Source: a virus
DNA length: 64,000 nt
IMG/VR virus record: IMGVR_UViG_3300027801_001565
Strand: one strand, 5' to 3'
The first letter of the stretch is position 1. The number at the start of each line of letters is the position of its first letter. Below are positions 9,279-18,621 of this stretch, in pieces. The position numbers and the translations under genes were made by a program. Below the pieces are notes generated by a model, which was given only the letters and a program-made list of their open reading frames with translations, made no database searches and was not told the origin of the DNA.

Positions 9279-9312
9279 TATTTATAATACTTTATATGTA
9301 ACCAGATGTCAA
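9279..9312 (-). promoter_or_regulatory. Overlapping sigma70-type and T4 late promoters for iscU-iscA
   Basis: TTGACA-17 nt-TATTAT overlapping TATAAATA (9279-9286). Confidence 0.65.
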
Positions 9313-9331
9313 TAGGGATAAATACCTTTTG

Positions 9332-9339
9332 TATAAATA
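9332..9339 (+). promoter_or_regulatory. T4-type late promoter for the ORF at 9388
   Basis: TATAAATA. Confidence 0.7.
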
Positions 9340-9364
9340 ATAACGTACCATTAAGGTACGTCAT

Positions 9365-9377
9365 ACACACACACACA
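9365..9377 (+). repeat. (AC)6A tract in a 5' leader, directly before the AGGAG RBS
   Basis: acacacacacaca following the hairpin acgtacc-attaa-ggtacgt (9343-9361). Confidence 0.8.
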
Positions 9378-9387
9378 GGAGAACAAT

Positions 9388-9609
9388 ATGACAAACACAA
9401 CCAATAAATCAGGCTTTGAGATCAGAGCAGAATTACTTAATCAAGCACATCGCATGTTAAGTGAGAACAATCAAAGAGAAGCTGATGAAATATATGCTCA
9501 CAACGACAGTTATCCAAATGATAAAAAAGGGCTTAAAGTTAGCCCAATTTTAGCTAGAGATATAGTAGTTGTTGCTAAAGAGCTTAACGAGTTTGTTACC
9601 CAACAATAA
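9388..9609 (+). CDS. Small hypothetical protein, opposite strand to the structural operon
   Basis: 73 aa; own late promoter, AGGAG RBS and downstream terminator. Confidence 0.8.
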   Translation: MTNTTNKSGFEIRAELLNQAHRMLSENNQREADEIYAHNDSYPNDKKGLKVSPILARDIVVVAKELNEFVTQQ

Positions 9610-9625
9610 ACTCTGATAGTCAAAG

Positions 9626-9654
9626 AAAAGGGCTACTTTCGTAGCCCTTTTTTT
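9626..9654. terminator. Bidirectional rho-independent terminator
   Basis: AAAAGGGCTAC-TTTC-GTAGCCCTTTTTTT between convergent genes. Confidence 0.85.
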
Positions 9655-9656
9655 AT

Positions 9657-9932
9657 TCAGTCCTGTTTAGGATCTTGAAGTTCGTCGGTTTGTTCATCAA
9701 TCTCCGTGACTACTGTATCGACAACACCTTCAGCTGCGTCCGCTGCTGTAGATACAATGTCTGAAGCATCTCTAAGAACAGCACTACCAATGTTACCTGC
9801 TGTTTTGACAGATGTGTCTATAATGCTAGTAGTTACTTCCTTCCCACCTTCTATAACGGCTCCAATTGAAGCACATGATGGTAAGAATCCTACAAAACCG
9901 AGGACTGCAATAATAGTGAATAACTTATTCAT
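9657..9932 (-). CDS. Putative small lipoprotein
   Basis: Signal peptide MNKLFTIIAVLGFVGF with lipobox-like LPSC; late promoter TATAAATA at 9978-9985. Confidence 0.7.
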   Translation of the reverse strand: MNKLFTIIAVLGFVGFLPSCASIGAVIEGGKEVTTSIIDTSVKTAGNIGSAVLRDASDIVSTAADAAEGVVDTVVTEIDEQTDELQDPKQD

Positions 9933-9991
9933 ATATTATACCTCGTTAATGTCTAAACGTTGTTGTAAAGACGCTACTATTTATAAAAGTC

Positions 9992-10019
9992 AAAAAAACG
10001 GGCTACTTAGTAGCCCGTT
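9992..10019 (-). terminator. gp23 terminator
   Basis: CGGGCTAC-TAA-GTAGCCCG followed by T7 on the minus strand. Confidence 0.85.
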
Positions 10020-10044
10020 CTAATTCTATTCCTAGAAACCTAAA

Positions 10045-11310
10045 TTACATTAAGTTTGTAACTTTAACACTTCTGTAATACTGGTTACGGTCTGCGGTGA
10101 ATGTATCACCATCAGTTGTTCCGTCAGCCTGCATTACGAATGGGTTAGCTATCATACCATATCGAGTTTTAAATCCGATTTTTGGTTGGAATGTAGCAGG
10201 ATCGATTGCTCTTACCATCTGTAATGGAACGTAAGGGCAGTAGAAAAGACCTGCGTCATAAGGGCTTGTGCCTTTATAACCAGCTACATAGAACTGCGAT
10301 GCAGAACCACTGTTAGCTGAGTAAGGGTCAATATATACTTTATATCTACCGTTAAGTACACCAGCGAAAGTGTTGCCTGTGTCGTCAACATTTAGGTTAG
10401 TGTTCAAAGCTGGAGCGTAATCTAAAACACCGGCCATAGCCAAAGCACTAGCAACATCTGATGAACAGATGATGAAGTTACCTTTGCCACGTCTTGTGTC
10501 TTGAGCGATCACGTTAGCGTCACGTTCGATATTGAATAAAAGACCTTTAAATCTTTCTACAGACCATCTTCCGTTACTGTCGACATCTAAGTCGAATGTT
10601 CCGGCAGTTGCTGTGCTGGCAGAACCAGTTTTAGCTACTTTATAGATTGTTCTGATTACTTCTCTGTTGATTTCCGCTAGGATTTCTTGAGAGAGGATGT
10701 TTGAAAGTTCTGACTCTGCGTCTAGACCATGAACAGCTTTCAAATCTTGAGCTAGCTCTACGGTGTACTGAGCTTTTAACGCTCTGGACTTAGCCGTAAC
10801 TGTAGTCTTCTCGATTGAGAATGCCATTTCTTGTAGTGTAGTCGAATCGCCAAATCCTTCTGCTGTTGCCGTTGATACGCCATTTCCCGTGGTGTAAGTA
10901 CCGTCAACTGGATTAGATCCAGCGTGTGTACCTGCGCCTGAGAAGTCAGTGTCTGCTTCGTTGAATAAAGCTTCAGTTCCAGCTTGTGTGCTGTAATGAG
11001 ACTTCATTGCAAAAATAAGTCCTGTAGGACCAGACATTGGTTGTACGCCGCATACGTCATATGCCATCAAATTAGGTAGTGCACGTCTTACGAGCGATAT
11101 TAATATCGGATCGTAGTTGTCGACGCCTGAACCAGTTTGGTTAGCGTGTGTAGCCTCGAAAAGAGCTGCTTTTTCCTCGCGGAGTGCTTTCTCTTGGTTT
11201 TCTAGGACTACTGTGGTTACAGCTCTCTTATAAGGATCTGAAATTTCTTGTAATTCCGGATGCTCGAGTACTGGTTGCCACTTCTTTTGTAGTTCTTCTG
11301 AAAGATACAT
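10045..11310 (-). CDS. gp23: Major capsid protein
   Basis: LISLVRRA.PNL.AYD.CGVQPM.GPTGLIFAM, ELAQDLKAVHGLDAE and FQPKIGFKTRYG motifs. Confidence 0.98.
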   Translation of the reverse strand: MYLSEELQKKWQPVLEHPELQEISDPYKRAVTTVVLENQEKALREEKAALFEATHANQTGSGVDNYDPILISLVRRALPNLMAYDVCGVQPMSGPTGLIFAMKSHYSTQAGTEALFNEADTDFSGAGTHAGSNPVDGTYTTGNGVSTATAEGFGDSTTLQEMAFSIEKTTVTAKSRALKAQYTVELAQDLKAVHGLDAESELSNILSQEILAEINREVIRTIYKVAKTGSASTATAGTFDLDVDSNGRWSVERFKGLLFNIERDANVIAQDTRRGKGNFIICSSDVASALAMAGVLDYAPALNTNLNVDDTGNTFAGVLNGRYKVYIDPYSANSGSASQFYVAGYKGTSPYDAGLFYCPYVPLQMVRAIDPATFQPKIGFKTRYGMIANPFVMQADGTTDGDTFTADRNQYYRSVKVTNLM

Positions 11311-11359
11311 CAGTTTCTCCTTGTTTATACGTTTGTATTATGTTTTATAATAACTCTAT

Positions 11360-11367
11360 TATTTATA
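11360..11367 (-). promoter_or_regulatory. Late promoter of gp23
   Basis: TATAAATA. Confidence 0.8.
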
Positions 11368-11386
11368 AAATTGTTAATTTATAACC

Positions 11387-12640
11387 TTAACTTCCGAACT
11401 TTTTGCTTTGAGTAATGCCTTGTACATATCTACTCATTACAGTGTTCTCAGTTAATGTTCCCTGATCAACGCTATCTTCTAGCTTTTCACTATCATCTGC
11501 TTTCGCTTTAGGAAAGTAATTTTCCTTGATAACATTTAGTTTCCTTGTATACATTTCCTTACTGTCAAACGTAATGTCTTCAATAAGTGATGCAAACTTT
11601 TCCACCTCTGTTTCAGCTAGATCGTCAACCACAGAACTAAAAATAGTTTGTTTAAGTAGTTGTTCTCTGTCTTCGCTGATTGCGACTGATTTATTAATCT
11701 CTTCATCTAATTTAGATTTTAACTCTTCAATCTCTTGCTGTTGATTAGTCAACACATCGAGTTTGTCTTCAGGTACATCAATATAATGTTCCGTGAATAC
11801 TTGCTGAAGGCCTTGTATAAAGCTCTCAGTAATTTCGTTGCGTAGTCCGTTCTCAATAGCTAGCTCGTTTTCAGCCATCCACTGCTCAGTTACATAACTG
11901 AGGTATTTGTCGATGTTTTCAACAAGTTTTTCTTTTGCCTCGTCGAAAGCTTTATTAGCTTCCTCTACCAACTCTGCTTCAATTCCTGAAACTTGTTGGT
12001 TTACTCTGGCCACAACTGTAGCTTCAAATAATGATGCTGCTTGTGTTTTAAATTCTTCTGAAAGATGTTCTTCGTCTGCAAATAAGTTAGCAATGTCTTC
12101 CTCGAACAAAGTATCTACTTCTAACTCTTCGTCTGATTCGTCTGTAATAACATCTTCTGCTACTACTTCTTCATCGGACTCTTCGTCTTCTGTAATTACT
12201 TCGTCTTCACTCTCTTCACCGTCAACGATTTCTTCGCCATCTACATAAGTATCTTCTTCTAAAGCTTCATCTTCCGACTCTACTTCTTCTTGAGCTACAT
12301 TACCTTTAGACGATGCTTGTGCAACAACAGATTGTGTTGGTGTACTATCGTTATAGTTAGGTGCCTTACCGGCGCCTGAGTTTGAAGGACGAGGGGCACT
12401 ACCAGCTTTTGCTGATGCTTCTTTTCCTACCGCGCTAGTCAATCCGCCTTCAGGGTTCGCTGAACCGCTAAGGTCTTGCTGATCTGGATTTGGATTGGAG
12501 TTGCCTTGTAGGGGATTTGTAGCATCACCATTACTAGAATTATCTAGAGGACGATTTGCCGCTCCTTCTTCTAGTACTTCAACAGACTCGGATTTAACCT
12601 TGCCTTCTAGAAGTTCTCTGATTTTGGATTCTACTCCCAT
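11387..12640 (-). CDS. gp22: Prohead core scaffold protein
   Basis: LSEEFK..A..LFEA and DKYLSYV.EQW..EN.LAIE.G motifs; acidic; sits between gp21 and gp23. Confidence 0.93.
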   Translation of the reverse strand: MGVESKIRELLEGKVKSESVEVLEEGAANRPLDNSSNGDATNPLQGNSNPNPDQQDLSGSANPEGGLTSAVGKEASAKAGSAPRPSNSGAGKAPNYNDSTPTQSVVAQASSKGNVAQEEVESEDEALEEDTYVDGEEIVDGEESEDEVITEDEESDEEVVAEDVITDESDEELEVDTLFEEDIANLFADEEHLSEEFKTQAASLFEATVVARVNQQVSGIEAELVEEANKAFDEAKEKLVENIDKYLSYVTEQWMAENELAIENGLRNEITESFIQGLQQVFTEHYIDVPEDKLDVLTNQQQEIEELKSKLDEEINKSVAISEDREQLLKQTIFSSVVDDLAETEVEKFASLIEDITFDSKEMYTRKLNVIKENYFPKAKADDSEKLEDSVDQGTLTENTVMSRYVQGITQSKKFGS

Positions 12641-12688
12641 TTTACTTCTCCTTTTAGGATTATGTTTAATTAATATAATCTAATAAAC

Positions 12689-12702
12689 TATTTATATTTA
12701 TA
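12689..12702 (-). promoter_or_regulatory. Tandem overlapping late promoters of gp22
   Basis: TATAAATATAAATA (two TATAAATA copies). Confidence 0.75.
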
Positions 12703-12712
12703 CAGATTTCTA

Positions 12713-13372
12713 TTAGAATTTAGACAGTTTATCTAAAAAATTGCTAAATACTTGTAACTTAGCTTCCTCTAGATTAGCACTAGACGTTCTCTGAATCAAC
12801 CCTTTCGATTCTTCGATGTCTTGTTCTGTCCACTTATTATTAATGAAGATCCATTCCCTTCCTTCCATTATACCGGAAACAAAAGCGTCTGGAGCGCTAG
12901 GATCCGCAACAATATCTGCTGCTGTGGCAAGCATAAAGTCGTTCTGTACTTCATTAATGCCATTCCTCTCTTTCAAAGAGCCCAATCCTCTGGAGCTAAC
13001 TCCAAGCTGAGCGCCTTCGCTAATAAGTTCTTTTACAATACGACCCATAGGCGTGTCCATCACTTTTGCCTTACCGATCCAATTGTTGCCGTCTTCCCGA
13101 AGGGAGACAATCATGTGTGATACACGATCTAAATTAACTGTAGGTCCTTCTGGGTGTCCCAGTTCTCCATAAGCTCTTTTAGTATCTACGTTTTCTCTAA
13201 CGTAACGATTGACTTCAGTTCGCATAATATCCTTGGGATACATACGGCCGTTTTTGTTTGTTAAATCTGATTGTAAAAACACACCTTCTATAAAGACATT
13301 AGGTTTCTTAGGATCCTTAGTCTCTTCTGTGAGGTAGTTAATACTTTCGTTAAATTCTTTGATTAGTCTCAT
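12713..13372 (-). CDS. gp21: Prohead protease
   Basis: GELGHP, GVSSRGLGS and DIVADPSAPDAFV motifs. Confidence 0.96.
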   Translation of the reverse strand: MRLIKEFNESINYLTEETKDPKKPNVFIEGVFLQSDLTNKNGRMYPKDIMRTEVNRYVRENVDTKRAYGELGHPEGPTVNLDRVSHMIVSLREDGNNWIGKAKVMDTPMGRIVKELISEGAQLGVSSRGLGSLKERNGINEVQNDFMLATAADIVADPSAPDAFVSGIMEGREWIFINNKWTEQDIEESKGLIQRTSSANLEEAKLQVFSNFLDKLSKF

Positions 13373-13384
13373 TGTGACTCTCCG

Positions 13385-13810
13385 TTAACCTAGACTTCCA
13401 CCGTTATAAACACTACCTGAATCGTTGGTGTCTAATGGTGCGTCTTGGTGTTGTTGTGAACCATATCCAGAAACTTTAGCACAATCAACTATAACAGTAC
13501 CGCCAGCTCCGCCGGCTATAACTACTTCTATATCTGATGTTGCTTCTGAGTTGTCTGAAAATCCGTACATATCTATGTTACCGGACTCCGTAAGTTCGTA
13601 TAGTACGACGGAGTTACGTTGCACCTTAGCGGATGCCCCGGATGATAGTGTCCATTTAAGGCCTTTAATGTTAACTGCAGGGGAGTTCTGTGACTCTGAT
13701 GATTTCTTTAGTGTTGTTGCTAAAGCAATGGTACCGGTAGCTGCAGTCCCCCTTACAGATACTACACCCTGTACTTGGGTTAGTTTTAAATTATTTACTG
13801 TGACTGCCAT
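13385..13810 (-). CDS. Hypothetical head-region protein (beta-rich)
   Basis: 141 aa ORF with RBS in the head operon. Confidence 0.6.
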   Translation of the reverse strand: MAVTVNNLKLTQVQGVVSVRGTAATGTIALATTLKKSSESQNSPAVNIKGLKWTLSSGASAKVQRNSVVLYELTESGNIDMYGFSDNSEATSDIEVVIAGGAGGTVIVDCAKVSGYGSQQHQDAPLDTNDSGSVYNGGSLG

Positions 13811-13832
13811 GATTGTTTCCTATGTTAGTTGT

Positions 13833-14123
13833 TTAATATTTTTTCTTGTGGTTCATGTGTGGGCCTTCTTCTAAGATCTCCACATTGGAATCATTCACAT
13901 CAACTGTTTCTATACCGTGTTCAAACATTACTGAATAACTCGATACTCTACCAAATTCATCTGGTGCAGAATGTTCACCATGTATTGGTGTACCTTCTTT
14001 CCATTCTTTGTGCATTATTTTTGAAGCACAAAGATGTTTGTCTCCTTCTAAAGAGCCTGCTGCTACTCCATCTACTGGAGTCTCTACAATAACTCTTTCT
14101 CTATATTCTTTAAGTGTTTTCAT
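13833..14123 (-). CDS. Hypothetical prohead-core-region protein
   Basis: Likely start MKTLKEYRE at 14123; occupies the position of the small core genes. Confidence 0.55.
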   Translation of the reverse strand: MKTLKEYRERVIVETPVDGVAAGSLEGDKHLCASKIMHKEWKEGTPIHGEHSAPDEFGRVSSYSVMFEHGIETVDVNDSNVEILEEGPHMNHKKKY

Positions 14124-14391
14124 CTTCGACTGGTCTCCCTGTAGTTGTATCAATATCCACAAGCGCATCATCCAATGAGACTCCAGTAGGTTCCATATTA
14201 GGATCTACACTCTTGGAGAAAACAGCCTGTGCTTTCTCTTGTCTCAAAGTATCTAACGCATCAGTAGTTCTAGAGTGCATTAAATCAGCGAACTGACTCT
14301 GTGCATCTGCTGAATTACCTGAGATTATGTTGTTTAACATATCTGTTGTAGTTACCTCAACCTCTTGTTCTGTTGTTGTTTCTTCTGTCAT
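14110..14391 (-). CDS. gp67: Prohead core protein (gp67-like)
   Basis: Small acidic helical ORF directly after the portal gene; start MTEE at 14391 with GGAG RBS. Confidence 0.6.
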   Translation of the reverse strand: MTEETTTEQEVEVTTTDMLNNIISGNSADAQSQFADLMHSRTTDALDTLRQEKAQAVFSKSVDPNMEPTGVSLDDALVDIDTTTGRPVEDENT

Positions 14392-14392
14392 T

Positions 14393-15991
14393 TTATTCTC
14401 CATTATCTGGGCCTGGTGGAGGAGTATCTCCGCCTGGTACATCATTACTTATATCACCTTCAGGTGCCGGTTGATCCGTCGGCACTTGTTGTAAGGGACT
14501 CCATTGATACTGCCTACTGTACTGTGGCTCTGCCATAATCTCAGTTTCTATTGTATCAATCTCTTCATCTGTTAAGTTAAGCACATTCTTTTGAATGTAA
14601 CGCTTACTAAAAAATGTTCCTATATAAGCAGCTAGTCCGTTTAATACTTCTACTCTGCTTCTCAAAATCTCTTGTTCTTTAGACTCTGTGTAATAAGCAT
14701 CTGTGGCAAACTCAAATTCTATATCATCTTTGATGTCTGTCCAATCTTCTTCTGTAATAACACCTTTTAGTAAGAGCTGTGTATGCAAAAGATCGCTTAA
14801 CAATACTGAGAACTTTCTCCTTAACTTGATGATGAATTTTGTAAACTTCATCTCGTCTCGGTTTATCTCAGCAGCTCTACCAAAATTAAGTCCTGCTTGT
14901 TGTTCTAAACGTGATACAGGAATGTTTAATGACTGATACAATTTACGTTGAAAATATACTACGTCTTCAATCTGCCCTAGGTTTTGTCCTGCTGGCAATG
15001 TATCAATACTTGTTCCTGTTCCACCTTCTCTTCTGGGTAACCAAAAGTCTTCAAGCATGGACATAAACTTCTTATCATCTCGGATCTCGCCTGTGTTAGC
15101 ATCGTATACTAACTTGTTTCTATACCGATCCATGATGTCTTTCATGTACTGTTCAGCCTTCATCTTAGGAAGGTTACCAACATCTACATAAAATATTCTT
15201 CTTTCAGGAGCTCTTGTAATCCTATAAATTACAACTGCGTTCTCCATCATTCTTAACTGGTTTGCTGGCCTAATTGCCTTATGCAAATATGATAACGCTA
15301 TATTCTTATCGTGATCTACTAAACCACTTGGTGCGTATGCTATAGCGTCCTTCGTAATCTTCAGCCCTTGCTGATTTTCCGGTGCAACATATGCGCCTGG
15401 TTTTGAGGTAACCCCTTTATCATTATAGATAAAGAACTCCTCAATCTCTTTAATAAACAATATGCCTGAAGGATTCTTTTCCTTCTTAACTTCTCGTACC
15501 TTTCTAATCTTTCTAGGGTCAATGTATCTTACATCTTTAATCCCTGCCTTGGGATTCTCTAGATCGATTACTTTATGAAAGAATAACTTACCGTCTATAT
15601 ACCAACGTCTAAAATAATCTTGAGCTTTATCTTTAAAGTCCAACATCATTTTGATGTCATCAAATTCCTTCATAATAGACTTACGAACTGACGAAGACAA
15701 CTTGACGTTGTCTAGGTTAAGTTCCACTGGAGACTCGTTCTCCAACTGAGCAATGCTCTCATTAATAATATCTTCAATAGCTGTATCAACGTCTGCCATC
15801 CCGGCTATGTCACGATACCTCTTAATTAATTCAGACTCGGTTTGGGCAACGCCCTCCAAATCCATGTAGGTACCGTAGTAACCGCCTGCGCGTATACTCT
15901 CAATAGCACCGTCTTCGGAAGGGGCAACAAACGATTTCTCGTTTGAAGCCTTATCCTCTTTCCGCTTAATCTCAAATCCAAATAAATCCAT
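14393..15991 (-). CDS. gp20: Portal protein
   Basis: SYLHKAI.P.NQLRMME, RAPERRIFYVDVGNLPK and MLEDFWLPRREGG motifs. Confidence 0.97.
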   Translation of the reverse strand: MDLFGFEIKRKEDKASNEKSFVAPSEDGAIESIRAGGYYGTYMDLEGVAQTESELIKRYRDIAGMADVDTAIEDIINESIAQLENESPVELNLDNVKLSSSVRKSIMKEFDDIKMMLDFKDKAQDYFRRWYIDGKLFFHKVIDLENPKAGIKDVRYIDPRKIRKVREVKKEKNPSGILFIKEIEEFFIYNDKGVTSKPGAYVAPENQQGLKITKDAIAYAPSGLVDHDKNIALSYLHKAIRPANQLRMMENAVVIYRITRAPERRIFYVDVGNLPKMKAEQYMKDIMDRYRNKLVYDANTGEIRDDKKFMSMLEDFWLPRREGGTGTSIDTLPAGQNLGQIEDVVYFQRKLYQSLNIPVSRLEQQAGLNFGRAAEINRDEMKFTKFIIKLRRKFSVLLSDLLHTQLLLKGVITEEDWTDIKDDIEFEFATDAYYTESKEQEILRSRVEVLNGLAAYIGTFFSKRYIQKNVLNLTDEEIDTIETEIMAEPQYSRQYQWSPLQQVPTDQPAPEGDISNDVPGGDTPPPGPDNGE

Positions 15992-16026
15992 AATTTTATA
16001 TCCTGTTTCCCATTACTGGGGCCAAC

Positions 16027-16548
16027 CTATGTGTTTGTATAATGCTGGTACTGGAAAGTAACAGTAAATTCTTCAATTACATCGTTTTGTGCATATTGTA
16101 ATGCAATCTCAGACATGTTAATCGGAAATGCATCATGTAAAAGATACGTTCCTAATGGTAATGGTTTATCATTTCTGTCTAAATGTTCGACTGTTAAGTC
16201 CACTTGATATTCAGCTGGTGTCAATGCTTCAGCACCGTTGTCTACCTTGTCATTCATTATTTCCATCCATTTTTCAAAGGGCCCTCTCAAAGACTGATTA
16301 GTATCATTAATGATAGTAATTGTCCATGGATCAAAAATCCTTTCGCCTGCTAATTTAACTTCCCTACCTCGGTATTGTACAATAGCTGGGTTTACTGTAG
16401 AAGCTGGTATCGCTGCTCCAGAAACCAATACAGAGTAGTCGTTTTTAAGGCCCGCTGCTGCTAATGTAGGGAATACCAAAAGTACACGAAACTGATTGGG
16501 ACGTGCGCCGCCCTGTCCTAGTTTCGATTTAAAATCTGCTATGTTCAT
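16027..16548 (-). CDS. gp19: Tail tube protein
   Basis: GGARPNQF, GREVKLAGER.FD.WTIT and IEEFTVTF motifs; late promoter at 16567-16574. Confidence 0.95.
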   Translation of the reverse strand: MNIADFKSKLGQGGARPNQFRVLLVFPTLAAAGLKNDYSVLVSGAAIPASTVNPAIVQYRGREVKLAGERIFDPWTITIINDTNQSLRGPFEKWMEIMNDKVDNGAEALTPAEYQVDLTVEHLDRNDKPLPLGTYLLHDAFPINMSEIALQYAQNDVIEEFTVTFQYQHYTNT

Positions 16549-16576
16549 CTTTATCTCCTTTACTTATATTTATACG

Positions 16577-18490
16577 TTAGCCGCCGATCTCTTCGAAAGC
16601 TACGCCTGTTCTGGTTGCTATAAAATTCAAAGTGATAAAGTTAACTGACTTGGCAGGTTTGATGAAAATATCAGCTATAAAATTATTGCTGTCGATAACT
16701 TCAGCAGTATTATTAGATGTATTACATATTACCTTAAAGTCGTATATTCCTCTACGTCCTTGAACGTCCCTTAAGAATGGTGTTATAATAGATGTAAACT
16801 GTGCTCTTGTAAATGCATCATTGAATTCAAACAACTGATATTTAGCTGCTGTTGCAATGGCTTTTTCAAGTACAATAAACAATCTTCTGACATTAATTCT
16901 ATCAAAAGCACTAGGTGCTCCTAATAGTGTTTTGTCGCCGAACAATACAATCCCGTTTCCAGGGCTGTTAATTATTGGGTTAACTCCAATCTTATACAAA
17001 TTGTCTCTATTAGTCTTGTTGGGGTTCCAGGCTAGCTTTACTGCATTCCTGATCTGTCCACGATTAAAACCTGCTGGTGAATACCATGGATCACGTTCTT
17101 GGTCTGTTGTTACACATAGTCCTGCAACGTCTCCGTTTAATGGTACCCATCTATACGCATCGTTGTAGCGATCATACATGTATTTCCAGTTACTATCCAT
17201 TACACTATAACTAGTGGATGCTAATGCACCTTTGTCACCTGTTATAGATGTCTCTTCATTATTACTGTTATTAACAACAGAAGCTTGTAGAGGTGAATGG
17301 AATGAGATACAGTCTTTTCTGACTTTAGAAATATTGTCTTGTACATACTTTTGGTCTACTAAAGAGTGGCCTGCTGTAAGTACTAAAGCAATATCTGTTT
17401 GTTCTTTATCATTAAATAAAGCGTATCCAGTTTGGATATCACCTGAAGATGCTGCTGCTGTAATACCACCAGTTAAACTTACTGTAGCTTCTGCTGCTGT
17501 AAATTTACTAGTGAATGTTGTTCCAGATGCTGTTGATCCGAATGTTGCGTCGCCTGCTGGATGATCTGTCCAATAAATAAAGTCTGACTGTCTATTAACG
17601 ACATCTTTATAGTAAATTGAACCACCGTCTAATGCTTTAGCATCTGATGCTTTTGAAACGCCTTCAAATCTTTCTAGAACAGTATTAACTGTGCCTGAAA
17701 ACAAGCCGTCTTCGTCAATAACAACAATGTGGAATGCGTCATTTGAGCCGCCTTCTGTTGTTACTCTTTGGCTACTATAAGGTGCGCCGTCAAATTCATT
17801 TGCATAAGTCCAGCCTGCTGATAAGACTGCTGTAGCTGTTGCTCCAGACCCACCGCCACCACTAAAGGATATTGTAGGTGCTGATGTGTAGCCGTTGCCG
17901 TTATTAGTAACAACAATAGCTGTTACCGCTCCACCTGAAACAGTTGCTGTACCAGTAGCTGTAACTCCACCAGCCGGAGCTGCTGAAAATGTTACTGTTG
18001 GTGAACTAGTATAAGCAGATCCGCCTGCTGTTACTGTGCCGGATGCTATTGAGTTGGTATCGAAATTACTAGAATCTGCGAATGCAACTTTTAAGCTGTT
18101 TCCTATAGCGCCTGGGTACTTAGCGGCAAACATTCCGTTTGTGCCAGATCCTGTGCTATGATTATTTGTGTAGTCGTCTGCATTAGCAATAAGGACCGCT
18201 GATCCTGATGCTACTGCGTTACGGGCTGCTGTTCCTACAGCTCTAACTACTTTAAGGTTGTTACCATATGCCAAGAACGATGCTGCAGTAAAAAAGTCTA
18301 CTGCTGTAGCGTTATCGGGACGGTAAAAACGTTGTACGAGATTATTCTCTGAACTAATTGTTGTGATCTCTTGAGTTGGACCCCACTGGAAGTTACCTAC
18401 CATAGCACCTGTTGTGGTTGCTACGGCTGGGACTACACTAGTAAGATCTGTTTCTTTAACAAGAACACCTGGTGATAGCTGAAATGCCAT
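16577..18490 (-). CDS. gp18: Tail sheath protein
   Basis: [20 protein letters not shown] and GDKT...[12 protein letters not shown] motifs; late promoter at 18556-18563. Confidence 0.97.
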   Translation of the reverse strand: MAFQLSPGVLVKETDLTSVVPAVATTTGAMVGNFQWGPTQEITTISSENNLVQRFYRPDNATAVDFFTAASFLAYGNNLKVVRAVGTAARNAVASGSAVLIANADDYTNNHSTGSGTNGMFAAKYPGAIGNSLKVAFADSSNFDTNSIASGTVTAGGSAYTSSPTVTFSAAPAGGVTATGTATVSGGAVTAIVVTNNGNGYTSAPTISFSGGGGSGATATAVLSAGWTYANEFDGAPYSSQRVTTEGGSNDAFHIVVIDEDGLFSGTVNTVLERFEGVSKASDAKALDGGSIYYKDVVNRQSDFIYWTDHPAGDATFGSTASGTTFTSKFTAAEATVSLTGGITAAASSGDIQTGYALFNDKEQTDIALVLTAGHSLVDQKYVQDNISKVRKDCISFHSPLQASVVNNSNNEETSITGDKGALASTSYSVMDSNWKYMYDRYNDAYRWVPLNGDVAGLCVTTDQERDPWYSPAGFNRGQIRNAVKLAWNPNKTNRDNLYKIGVNPIINSPGNGIVLFGDKTLLGAPSAFDRINVRRLFIVLEKAIATAAKYQLFEFNDAFTRAQFTSIITPFLRDVQGRRGIYDFKVICNTSNNTAEVIDSNNFIADIFIKPAKSVNFITLNFIATRTGVAFEEIGG

Positions 18491-18621
18491 GTTTTTTCTC
18501 CTCGGTTTATATTATCTTATGAATGATACACAAGTTTTTTTTAATATCATCCAACTATTTATAAGATTTTTGTTTTATACTTCTCGGTAAGTGTAGACAC
18601 ATAATTAGCATTGTGTACACA

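Noticed and set aside
12100-12600. Low-complexity acidic region in gp22
   Set aside because: Typical of T4-like scaffold proteins.
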